Assembly: GCF_036321535.1 (NCBI RefSeq)
Contig: NC_087437.1
Location: forward strand, 99,574,001 to 99,638,000
Length of the DNA stretch: 64,000 bases
Reading direction: 5' to 3'
Source of the DNA: Camelus dromedarius
Lineage: Eukaryota
The position numbers were made by a program, and so were the translations under genes. The notes under the pieces were generated by a model. The model was given only the letters and a program-made list of their open reading frames with translations, had not been told where the DNA came from and did no database searches. Of this stretch, positions 13,621-25,565 are shown piece by piece; position 1 is the stretch's first letter; every line of letters starts with the position of its first letter.

Positions 13621-16600
13621 TTTAAACTAGATTTCTTTCATTTATGCTAGTTAGCAGATAAAGTTTTTAAATGTTGAACACGATTTTCATAAGAATCTTC
13701 TGGCTTCCGGTCTTGCCGCTTATTACTTTTAATCCACTACTACCCCAATGCTATTCATATAGCTCAGTCCTGCCCACATTGTGCAAAGAATACCAGGGAT
13801 TCCAAGTTACTCACAAAATAACTTCCAAAGTGGTGGTCCAGATTGCTATCCTTTTTACAGCCTAGTCCCAATCTGCTTTCTCCCCATTAAATTTCTTCTT
13901 TCTTCCTCATACACCCTGTAATTGTGTCCAGGTGGTATACTTTTCAATCCCCTTCCTCCTATAATTTTTATCCTCCCAATTCTACCAGTTGACATCCTAC
14001 CTATGGTTTAATATTTGGTAAATATGCCTTAACGTTTATGTAAGATCGCTGTGTCTATCTAATGTAGCATTTTGTTTTCCATTTTCTTGTCCTTGGTATT
14101 CAATTTTACGGAAAAGTTCCAATACTGACATTTTAAAAGACCTTTGAGAGCATGTTCTACTGTTGTAAGATTTAATTACAAAACAGTAGACCTTTTTTTA
14201 AATCTTGTGTTTTAAAATAACCTCAAGCCTACATATCTAGAATTTCCCAAAAAAGTTTGTCAAATTTTGGTTGCTGAGTCTTTGAAAAATTGCTTAAAGA
14301 TATATAAATAATAAGTTTTTGAACCAATTAAGATAATTTAAAATAATTTACATATGGTGGTTATGTTCTATGTAAGTACACATTTGAGTTTAATTCAAAA
14401 ATTATGCAAACTAACTTTGTGTAATTGTCACCAAATGGTGGTCATTAAATCCTATTTATTTTGGGATACATGTGTTTCATTTTTGATAATCTGCCTTCCA
14501 TTCAGCCAAACACATGTTTCTTCCCAAAGAAAAAAATAAGAACATGATAATCAAGATATGCACTCAGTTTACAAGTCAATTAATCTGGAAAAATAGACCA
14601 ATTGATTTAATAATCAGTTCTATATTGGCTTGTATTTAGGGCTGTAACTTCAAATAAATCAGGGATTTTTTTCTTTCTTCTGTTAATATCACCTGTCTCA
14701 TTTGGATATATATTTATATTTACATTTGCATTTATATGTACATTTATATCTTACTTAACATAGTAGTTGCACATGGTAATCAGGAAATAATGACAGTCCT
14801 TTTAATAACCAGTGGTAGGTCCAATTATAACACTATATGCAGGAAATCTATCAGTAATTTAATTTTTAAGTTCTTTTTAAGCACTTCTCTGAAATACACT
14901 TGCTAATGCTCTAGTCTAGATAGAATTAAAATTTTTTGAAGTGTTATTAATTTATGATTGTGGACTCAAATAAAGTATAGTTATTGCATTAAGTGAAATT
15001 AGAGTGAAAAGTAGCATAGATAATATTCTCAGATCATACATCGAATTATCAGGATCCACATTAATTAATGACATTGACTTAAATGTAATTGTCAATTAAC
15101 TTTCTATTGGAGAGAATTGATGTTTTTATGTTATTCAGCTTGCTTCATCTAAAATAAATAAGTGTTTTTCTGGCAAAAAAAAAAAAAATTACTTTGGCTT
15201 CCTGGTTAGCCATTTTGTTTCCAGCATCTTCAAACACCTCAGTCACACAAAGTACTATTCCAATAGTCTTCAGACCACACAAATAGCACAATGTTTAATA
15301 CTTGGTTTAACAAAATAGGGGCATTAGCACTCACAATTTTGATTCTTTACATATTGACTGGACTCGTTAAGGCAAAAGATCAAAGACTGTTTTTTAAAAA
15401 GGAAAAAAGAAAACCTCCATGCTAGAAAAATGGAGAAAAGCTGAGTTTGAAATTAAATCCTAAGCCTCATAGGTTGGCTTTTCAACAGTTCAAACCTCAA
15501 TTTTTTTGCTTTTGCTCCCATTTGAAACAAACCTAAGTGCTATGTGTTGCTAGCTTTTTTGGTTTCTTTGTTAACAGCATTTCTCTTTTTAATCAGCCTG
15601 TCTCCTGGTTTCATTATTTTCTTTGATCTCTGTTCTCTTTTAATTTACCTCTTTTTTACATAGTCTCATAGTCTCTTTTTCTGTCACCCCTTCTCTTCAT
15701 CCTCTAAATCTTCGTAATTGCATCTAATGATTAGACCTGATAGCAATAGAGTTCTTTTGTCTGCTTGCAATAAGCATGCATGAACAACACTGTGAAACTT
15801 TCTTGATACTTTTGCCCCACTTCCACCATTTTCATCATCTATGAAGCTATCGTAGATGAAATTTGAGATAGTATTTTCAACATATAAGTTCCGTCTCTTA
15901 CAATTCTCAGTACCGATTTGGAGGATTATTTATATCTTTACCTTTGGGAGGGTCCTGATTATTAGAATCTTTTTCTACTTCTCAGAGAAGTGATAGCTCC
16001 CATTTTCAAAATTTTCCAGTGCTTTCATCTCATACTGCTATGAATTACTTTTGCTTTGTGAAGAAGAGAGATATTGTGTAGGAAATGTGTGTGGGAGTCA
16101 CAGAATATAGACAAGCCTGAGATTCTAAGTATTCTAGTAAGTGCTCTGGCTGGGTGGTACCAAACCACAGTACTTCAGACCACACAATGTACTTCATCAA
16201 CACTTCAGTTAAACTGGCCATTTCTTTTAATCCTATAGCCCAAAACAAAAGAAAACATAACCCACCAAAATCTTTTAATTTTTAACTTTTTGGTTGCTAG
16301 TTTTGGCATCAAGTGCATAAACTCTAATCATAGAAATGACTTTCTTACAGGGGATAGAGTATGCCAACTAACCGGAGCAAAGCAAATAAAGAAAGTTCTC
16401 AAAATGAACAGGGCATTCGTGCAGACACTGTGGCAAGGAGACCAGTATTTACTCATCTCAAAGGACAGTGTCTTTTAGTCAAATTTACTATCCTTTTTGC
16501 TCTGGCACTTGGGAATGGTAACAGAATTCATAAGATAAAACTAAACATTGCCCTTTTTAATGTGAGGAGACTATGAAATAGAGCTCACAAACTGGAATTC

Positions 16601-18689
16601 ATGAATATAATTATGTTGTAATATTGCTGGAGAAAAGAAAACAGACTCATGACTTTATTAAGTAGATGATTTGAGTTTCAGAGCCCAGTACGTTTAATTT
16701 ATTAAAAGAATGCTTTCGGTATAGTCAATTCCAGGGAAATAGATGCCTGCTATGACTGAACTGGAGCTTTCATTGAAAAGCTGCTGAGCTGAAAACAGGT
16801 TAAGAAAGGGGACTGTTAAGCATTGCATCATTAATTGTTGAGATTTTTCTCAAGGCAGATGAAACAAAGAAATACTGGTATAAGTTCTACTCTCTTTGAT
16901 GTTGATTTGAAAATAAGTTATTTTAGAAAATTTAGAGCAGAAAAAATAGGAATAGAATTTTAAATTTAACACCAAAGTAATTTGAAGAAGTAAAGCGAAG
17001 ACATAGATTGTGGAGTTTTCTTGATTTATTTCTGTGTTTGCTGAGCTTTTCCTATGCAATAGAGTTGTATAAAAAATAAACAGTAGTCCTGTATTCTACA
17101 AAGAAAACAGACAATATGCCTTTTTTGATTATTGTTCTTTGAAAATGCTTTATCTGAATTTGAAGTGAAAAAAATTTCATATTTCTGCAAATAATCCTAC
17201 AGTGCTAAAATGAACACATATATATTGGTTATCACAGCTCTCCTCTATACTTTGCACACTTACATTACATACACCAGGAAAACATACCCCCACTGGCTTC
17301 CCCCCATCATCCCATGACTTTGACCTTTCTAGTCAATTTCCTACAAGCTCTCAGATTTCTCAGTTCCTACCCCTGTGTGTTTTTTTAGCAGTTAAACTGC
17401 TTTTCTTTTCAGAGCACTAGACATCTTACTATTGTTAGAAATATTAATAAAATATGTATTCTCAATCTCACAAAATATTATTAACACTGTTATTATTTGT
17501 ATAATATCAATATTTATTATGAGCCCCTCTTCAAAGATAATCTATACACAAAGGTATTAGAGTAGGCAGCTTAGCCCCTTGAATAAGAAGGGACAAGATA
17601 GATCTGTGTGAACATAAGGAAAAAATGAGATCCAGAGAAATTAGAAATCTCATGTAGGAGAGCTTCTATTAAAGCCCTTATTGTTTTGGTTGGTTGGGAT
17701 AATTTACCAACAATCCCTGTTTTTTTTTTTAAAGTACTAATTACAAAATAGAATTGTTGTACCTTCTAATTTTAGAATGTCACTTGTTTTTAAGTCTATA
17801 AAATTCCACAAGGATTTCATTGGGAGCTTATTTCTAAAATGGTATTTAAAGAAATAGATGAAATAATAGACTGAATTTTTTTTTTTACAAAAGGATAAAA
17901 GCCTTTCAAAATGGTTAAATTTAGCCAATACTCATTAGTGCAGTTTAACAATAATTGATCACCCCTGAGGTGTGTGTCATTGTTACTGGTCACAGAGCTT
18001 AAAAAACTTTAATTACCAGATTATGCTAGATTACTTACTTTAAAAGAATGAAAAGAATAAGAAAGAAAATAAAATTTCTTCAGAAATCCAAGAATAATAC
18101 TTTAATAAAGAATTATTTAAGGTACATTTATTGCCAGACTTCCTTATATCATTAATACACAAGTGCTGACTTTTGAGGAAATAGCAAAAACCTTAAGTAG
18201 TGTGTAATATTTGGGGGTTAGTGTCTACATTTTTGTGCAGGTGTATACTTTCAGGTTAGCAGAAATTGTTATTCACATGTCTTCTCATGATTCTGAATCA
18301 CTGTGCTCCCTATATGTATGGCAATTCAAAAGTTTTTATATATAAGTGTTTTACCTTTTTAAAATTAGTAGTACCATGTGACAAATTTTAACTTCCATAG
18401 CAAAGAAAAAAAATTTTGTTATGCCTTAAAAACCACTTCCATTACTGGAAAAGCAAGAAGAAAATGCTTTATGAATTCTGAAATGAGCAGGAAAATAATG
18501 CTGTAATTTGTTACTGCTGTGTGGAAATGCACTACAATTGATCAATAATTTTAAGAGCTTGCTGTATTTTAGTACAGTTTTTGTCATAAAGTAAAAGATA
18601 CCGAAGTAATTAGCATAGTACTTCTCTTCAAATGTGTTATGATATAATTATGGAAATGTGTCTAAAACACATGGAAGAATCTTGAATAA

Positions 18690-19280
18690 CAGAAAGCTAC
18701 ATCCCCGGAAAGTGTATTCAGGGAGAGAGGAGTTGAGAGGAGATGGGATCTAAGGATGGCGGCGGTAACAGGAGAGTGCTTCCTGGGAGCATCAGGAGTA
18801 TGGTGTTGACTCTGCAGCACTTCGTTCATGAAACTAGGGTAAAAGTGGAAGGCATTTTATATGAGGTGCATCTCAGGCATGAAAGAATGCAGTGTCCAAT
18901 GAAATGTGACCATTAATGAGACAGCAAGAAGGCGATCGAGAAGCTGGTGAATCACAGTAAATACATTTAAATGAGAATGATGCAAGCAGTTTATGTATGG
19001 CCTTGACAGCTTTGTAGAAAAGTTTGTGTTTGGGGTGGTTTGAAGTAGAACTCCACAGTTGATTTTTAAGCAGTGTTATAACATGATGAAAGTAGCATTT
19101 AAGATGGATTAGTCTGGAACTGGTATGCAGTATGTGGGTGACAGGTGAAGTGTGGAAAGAAAGGTGAGAGGCAGCCTGGAGTCAGGAAAGTCCGCAGGAA
19201 GCAGTTGCTGCCGTGCAGGTGTGGAGGGAGAGATAAGCTTTTAGCTTCGGGTGGTGGCAATTAGAAAAGGGAGGCTACCT
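18690..19280 (-). mobile_element. L2 fragment
   Basis: gatttttaagcagtgttataacatgatgaaagtagcatttaagatggattagtctgg, a typical antisense L2 motif. Confidence 0.5.
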
Positions 19281-19415
19281 GAGGCATTTAATTTACAATA
19301 ACACCAAGTATCTATATTTTGATCTTATAACTGCCCTCGTATGTTTGGTCTCAAGGTTGCTGGCTTATTCCTGTGAACAAAATGTGTTTTCTTTAATGCA
19401 TTCTTTATCTCTTAT

Positions 19416-19670
19416 TTAAAGACATTATTAAAAATCCACATTGTTCTGGCTATACAAAGGTAGTACAATATAGTATCATGCATCCACCAAGAGTGTGTAC
19501 TTTGAATTATTTTCCAACAGTGGCAGTAGGATTTGCTGAGCTGAATATATGTTCCCAGCATATCCCCGTTATGAACAACAGCCAGTACTTTTGAGGTTGA
19601 TGGCAAAAGTTAGTGACCCAGTGATGGCCTGGAACTGGAGACTGTGTCTGTGGAACAGAAGGGAGCAGGT
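19416..19670 (+). repeat. Left arm of long inverted repeat
   Basis: Ungapped reverse-complement match to 20711-20965 at 231/255. Weaker gapped similarity extends inward to ~19707. Confidence 0.97.
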
Positions 19671-20710
19671 ACACATAATGCATACCACCCCCCAATGGTA
19701 TCATAAATGCCATTTACTGAGAAGCTGAACCAATCCACCATGCATAACATGGAGAATAAGCTAGCTGCAAGAAAGATGGCAAAAAGTTAAATTAATAGAA
19801 TTTCTTTTTGAGCTCTATGTCTAAGAAGGCCTTTTAACTTTTCACTAATTCTGTAAATTATCAGAATGCAGGCTCCAAATTAAACTAATAGCATATTTGA
19901 TGAAGACATGAGCTTGATGCTTTATGAATCTTATGAATAACAAAGGAGTACATTTTCCATTTTTAAAGCAGTAATTCATACTGTGCTTGTCAATTAGAAT
20001 GCCATTTAGAGGTCATTTATGAGACAGAGTTCAGCAATACAAGCATGAGGATTCCTTCCATAATGTGGGAAATTTTCTTTCTTGCCCATTGGAAAGATAA
20101 GGTCTATTTTGTAATTAGAGGGTGAACATTATAAACAGTGTTTTACTGTTGTCATTGCTGCTGCTGTTTTGTTTGATTTTAGAATGGAAACCATTTTATA
20201 CTGACTTTTTCTAAATAGCCTCTGACCTGTCTAAGGGGGTCAATACAGGATGGTTTTGACATATCAATGCTAAACACGTTGCATCTGCAACTTGGTCAAT
20301 TCCATTTGTCCTGCTGTTTTAACAACTGATTTCTTCATATCAACAAATTGACAATTAAGTGACCCAAGTAACTTGTTTAGATAGTTCAAGCGATTGCTTT
20401 TAATACACATTTTTCCCTTGGACATTTATACAACTTTATGACAATCTCTGTATACCTATTAGTCTATTTTTGCCATTTCTACCTCCCTAAAAAGAATGTT
20501 ATTTATATAACAGATATTCATGTAATATATATGACTCATGTATATTACTGTATATTATTTCTACATCTCAGTCATGGAAGAATTCTTGAGCTATAATAAA
20601 GTATTGTGTGAATTTTATTTAATAAAGCAAGCATTTTTTAGGACTCTTTGAACCTTGTGGTTGCAACTTCTATTTTATGATAGTATGATGGGAGATGGTA
20701 TCCATTACGT

Positions 20711-20965
20711 ACCTGTTCCCTTCTATTCCACAGACACAGTCTCCAGTTCCAGGCCATCCCTGCATCACTAACCTTTGCCATCAACCTCAAAAGCACTGGC
20801 TGTTGTTCATAACGGGGATATGCTGGGAACGTATATCCGGCTCAGCAAATTCAGCTGCCATTGTTCGAAAATAATTCAAAGTACATGCTCTTGGTGGATC
20901 CATAATACTGTATTGTACTACCTTCGTATAGACAGAACAATGTAGATTTTTAATAATGCCTTTAA
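20711..20965 (-). repeat. Right arm of long inverted repeat
   Basis: Reverse complement of 19416-19670. Weaker similarity extends inward to ~20674. Confidence 0.97.
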
Positions 20966-22768
20966 CTTTCTCTTTTAGAAAGTAATTAGTCACCTGTATT
21001 TGAAAATCTCTAGGAATTTGCTCAGGGCAATACAAGCCTTTCATTTATTAAAGGTGGGGGGATGAAACCTCCCTTTCTAGTTGTACTTGTCTGAAGAAAA
21101 ACTGTATTAGAGCTTTGATATAATCCTGACAGGTAGCCCAGTTGCCCTCGGCTCTAAAATGCCTAAGAAAGCTTGGCAGTGGGGAGCTGGAGGTGGGGAA
21201 TCAATTTAAACTATATAGAGAGTTCACTGTTTTGGGCCAATTTATCCATTCATTTCCCGCAGATGTAATGATAATTAAAACTCACTCATCAGTGTGGGAA
21301 TTACTTAAAAAAAAAAAAAGAAAAAAAAAAGACCTCCTTATTAATGATGAAGAGAAACTGTAAATAGTTTAGATGGGAACATCAAGATGATAGAAGTGAA
21401 GTTATGCCAGAATCATGGAGTGGGAAGGCATCACGAGCTTCTTGTGACACCAAAAATAGCAAATGATGAATAAAAAGTACAGCAATATTTGATAAGTGTT
21501 TTGATATTTGTGATGACTACTTCAGGAAATGAACACTATTGAGTAGACAAGTGTAAAACATATTTAAGACGTTAAAATGTAAAGATCAAGACTTGATTGC
21601 ACCAGATTGCACCATACAAAAAAGAAAAGATACAGAGATAAAGCCTTAAAATCGGTATATTTTTTAAATCTGTCTATCCTGAATTAATACAAGTCAACTT
21701 GGGATCAATTCAAACCAGGGGCTTGAAATTCTTACTCTAAAATATATAAGCATGAAGTTTATATGAAAATTGCTCATGTAAATAGTCTATTTCCTTGAGA
21801 AAAGTTCATATAAATTTTTTCAATAAGTCCATGTGAGAAACTATACTTAAATTTCACAAGTTAGAAGATTTTGTATTATATTTCAATTTTTGTTCAGAGA
21901 ATAAGTGAGGAAAAGAATCTTACACATTTTTTAAGCTCGAAAAGGCACAAATATCTGATTGTCTTATAAGCAGAGATTAAAATAGGAAAAAGTAATTTCT
22001 GGGTGTACATGGCACTTTTTGCCTCTCTTTAAGCACTTACAGTGTAGTACAGGTCTTGCAAGTAGCTTAATAATTGTGGAAAAGCCAGTAATTTTTCTAT
22101 TTTTTGTTTATTGACTTGTTAATGTATTTTAACCATATAATTAATAATAAAATGTATTTGCTAATCACAAGGTGTATATTCTCAGGACACTATTTGTAAT
22201 CCTTTATTGAAAACATTATTTTACTAGATTTATTTCATTCACTGCTTTTTTCCCAAGAAATTCTATATTCCGTCATGAATAAATTGTGCCCATCAGTCTA
22301 TGTAGAGTAGGAAAAATGCAGAGCAGAGAAATAAAAGGTGGATAGTGAATGAATGAACTGTAGAGTCTGAAGATCTTTGGGAAGGAAGAAGGGAACTGCT
22401 TTATAAAATAAAAGAAGTAGGTAGTAAAAACCAAGAGCACTGATCAAAACTGTGGTGTAGAAGTAACCATAGAATATTGTATATCCATGGGAGTGCTTAC
22501 ATATGCCACTGGACATTTGTGTGTGTGTGTGTTTGTGTAGCATAGAGGGTGAAGGGGGTAAGCATTGTTGTATTTTTTATTCTGGATTCACTTTCTTTTT
22601 GGATGCAGTTACTACAATGGTATTAAAATTTCTGAAAAAGAAAGAAAACTATTTTTTTTACTTTTGCAAATATACTTAATATAACACATCCAAGTTCATC
22701 CTAAATGCATTTTGATACAATTTTTCAACCTGTAATTCTTCAAGAAGTGGAATCAACTGTACATCTGT

Positions 22769-22970
22769 GGTTAATTAGCTCAGTGAGTTGAATTGTGGTG
22801 CTAATGAGGCCACAGCCCGGGTTTGATCCCCAGATGGGCCAGTGAGGTTTTCTCTCTTCTTGAGTCACAGACTCCAGTTCAAATCCAGGCCAACTGTCTC
22901 ATAGCTGCATGCCACTGACCATGAGGGAAACTGGGCAAGAGAAAGTAAATCCAACAGTATGCCTGGAAAA
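22769..22970 (+). mobile_element. Ancient tRNA-Ile-derived SINE (MamSINE1-like)
   Basis: Head resembles tRNA-Ile (ttagctcagtgagttg...gtggtgctaatgaggcca...gggtttgatcccc...gggcca), followed by a body cacagactcc...gcatgccactgacc...ctgggcaagaga...aaatcc...ctggaaaa. Confidence 0.75.
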
Positions 22971-24139
22971 GATCCCCAACTATACACAGTATCTGCTGGT
23001 TAATATTTATCAGTAACACCCATGTGTGAAGAGAAGTATACATTATACGCTCTGTACTGCTACCATGGGACACTCAGGAAATTTTCTGTGGCCTCAAAGG
23101 ACCCATTAAGGAATAAATAATACTAAAAATTATCTAAAGAGACCATAAAAATAGACTAATTCATAACCAAAAATTGAATCTATTTCAACTTGCAAGTGAA
23201 GCAAAATTTCGCATGTTGACTTTTCTTCAGTAGATCATAATGGTCCTTAAGAGTTCTGCTAGAAACATTCGCTGCAGGTTCCCTTGAGTTCTGAGCCAAG
23301 CTGTGAAATGAGGCAAAGCACGGGGAAGAGGAGGCAGACGGTAGGCCAAAATATCACATTTGTTGTGAATCAGGACTAGATTGGAGGATGTAGCTTAGAC
23401 ACGGAGATATACAGACTTTTTCATAGTAACCTCAGAATCAGAAAAACTTACTCATCCATTCAGACTAGAAAATCTAGGTCTCCTCAGTGGGACAGGCCCC
23501 ATTTTATTGCCTGATAGCTCTTTTTGCGGGAAGGTCAACCCCAAAGAAAATAGAATAGCAAAAGGGATTGACTGATGCATGGGTATTTTTTTCTTGCAAA
23601 CATATCAATCAGAATAGGTCCCTGGGAAGACTGAGTAAGAGGAGAGAGGCCTGGATTGTTTCATAGAAAAAAAAAATCATCAGGAGTGGGAAAGAATTCC
23701 TGCCACCCTCACCTCACCTAATCAAATCTTTTTAATTAAACAAATGGCCAGTGTAAGATGAAAAGCAGGGAAAATGCCAGAAACCACGACTTACACTGTA
23801 TGTACATTCTGGCAAAAAAAAAATACTGTAAACTTTTGGAGAATCAGTGTAGCTCTGTGGTATGGTGGTCCTTCCTGATGTTCTCCCAAATTTCCGAGGG
23901 TGGATGGTTCACAGGATGTGTGCCACATCGTGGTCATAAACATGACCATAAAGAAATGCTTGGACTGGAAAAATTTACATACCATGATGGGAAAATCATA
24001 TTCAAAGCAAATTTCTTGGTGAAATAAAGAATTTTCCTGGTTCATTTTCATTAATGATAGACTCAACATAATTTTATTCTGAGATCCCATGAAAAAAATC
24101 TTTTATTTTTCTCTTTGCTTTTACTATTTTTTTGGTTTT

Positions 24140-24905
24140 GGTTTGGTTTTTTTTTCTTTCAGTTTTACTGAGATATAATTGACATACAGCACTGTGTAAA
24201 TTTAAGGTGTACAGCGGAATGACTTGACTTACATACATCATGAAATGATTACCACAGTAAGTTTAGTGATCATCCATCATCTCATATAGATACAAAATTA
24301 AAGAAATAGAATTTTTTTCATGATGACAACTCTTAAGATTAACTATCTCAACAACGTTCATATATAGCATATAACCATGTTAATTATATTTATCATACTG
24401 TACATGACATTGCTAGTACTTATTTATCTTATAACTGTAAGTTTGTACCTTTTGATAACCTTCATCCAGTTCCCCCTTTCCCCAAACCTCCTTCTCTGGT
24501 AACCACAAATCTGATCTCTTTTTCTATGAGTTTATTTGTTTTTGAAGTATAATTAACCTACAACACTATGTTAGTTCCTATTACCCAACATAGTAATTTG
24601 GTATCTAAACACTTTAAAATTACCACCAAGATATATCTAGTCACAATATGTCATCATACAATGATATTACATAATTATTGACTATATTCTTTGCACTTTA
24701 CATTTCAAACCCATGACTCATCTGTATCCCAACTGAAAGTTTGTACTTCTCAATCTCCCTCACCTATTTCTTTCCTCCCCCCAAACCCTTCCCCTCTGGC
24801 AACTGCCTGCCTGTTCTCTGTATCTGTAACTATGTTTCTGTTTTATTACGTTTATTCATTTTTTTAGATTCCATATATAAGTGAAATTATACAGTATTTG
24901 TCTGA
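24140..24905 (-). mobile_element. L1MA-type 3' end with internally duplicated 3'UTR segment
   Basis: T-rich tail, then ttttactgagatataattgacatacagcactg. A second related unit starts at ~24541 (tttgaagtataattaacc), and the element ends ttagattccatatataagtgaaatt. Confidence 0.8.
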
Positions 24906-25429
24906 AAATATATCTTTTAACACTATGTGGCATGTTCCCTTTTGGGGATTCACAACACCACAATGCATTTCAGCTCTTTAATGTTTAACTTTATTGCAGT
25001 GTTTCCCATACTTTTGATTAGAAATACCATTGTAACTGGTGTTTGGTAAATTTAAGATGTGGGAACGCTCATCAAAATTATGGTATAACCAAAATCTCTG
25101 TAGTAAGATTTTATAGTGTCTAGTTTATTACTAACAATGAAGAGACAATTTATCCTCGAGTTATGATGTTAAAAAATACATGGCATACCAAATGGAAAGA
25201 GTGATTTAATAAAAGCAATTTTGCATTTATACCCTGTTGTGATCTATAGAGAAAGACTCCATCAATATGTTTGCATTGTAATTGTGATTTTGAGCATTGA
25301 TATTTTTCAGAACATCGCTTTGATCAGTGAAAATACTCAGTTTAAACTTTGGCATAAAACTACAATTTGTTTTCCAAGGAGAAAAACTAGTGTGGGAAAT
25401 TAACTTGGTTATACAAGTGAGAACAATTC

Positions 25430-25565
25430 AATGTCAGTTAATTTGACACATATTTAGAGCACTTCTTTTGTGCCTGGCACTCTTCAACGCACCTGTGTTA
25501 TAGCAGTCAACAAAATAGACAAATATCCCTGCCCTAATGGAGTTTACATTATAATGGGAGACGCT
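25430..25565 (-). mobile_element. L2 3' end remnant
   Basis: atatttagagcacttcttttgtgcctggcact...ccctgccctaatggagtttacatt. Confidence 0.6.

Noticed and set aside
19412..21044. Short ORFs over the inverted-repeat arms as a transposase or duplicated gene
   Set aside because: 64-85 aa, frames not preserved between arms, no DDE-like or other recognisable motifs.
22769..22841. Functional tRNA-Ile gene
   Set aside because: Stems are disrupted, there is no adjacent clean Pol III terminator, and the sequence continues into a SINE body.
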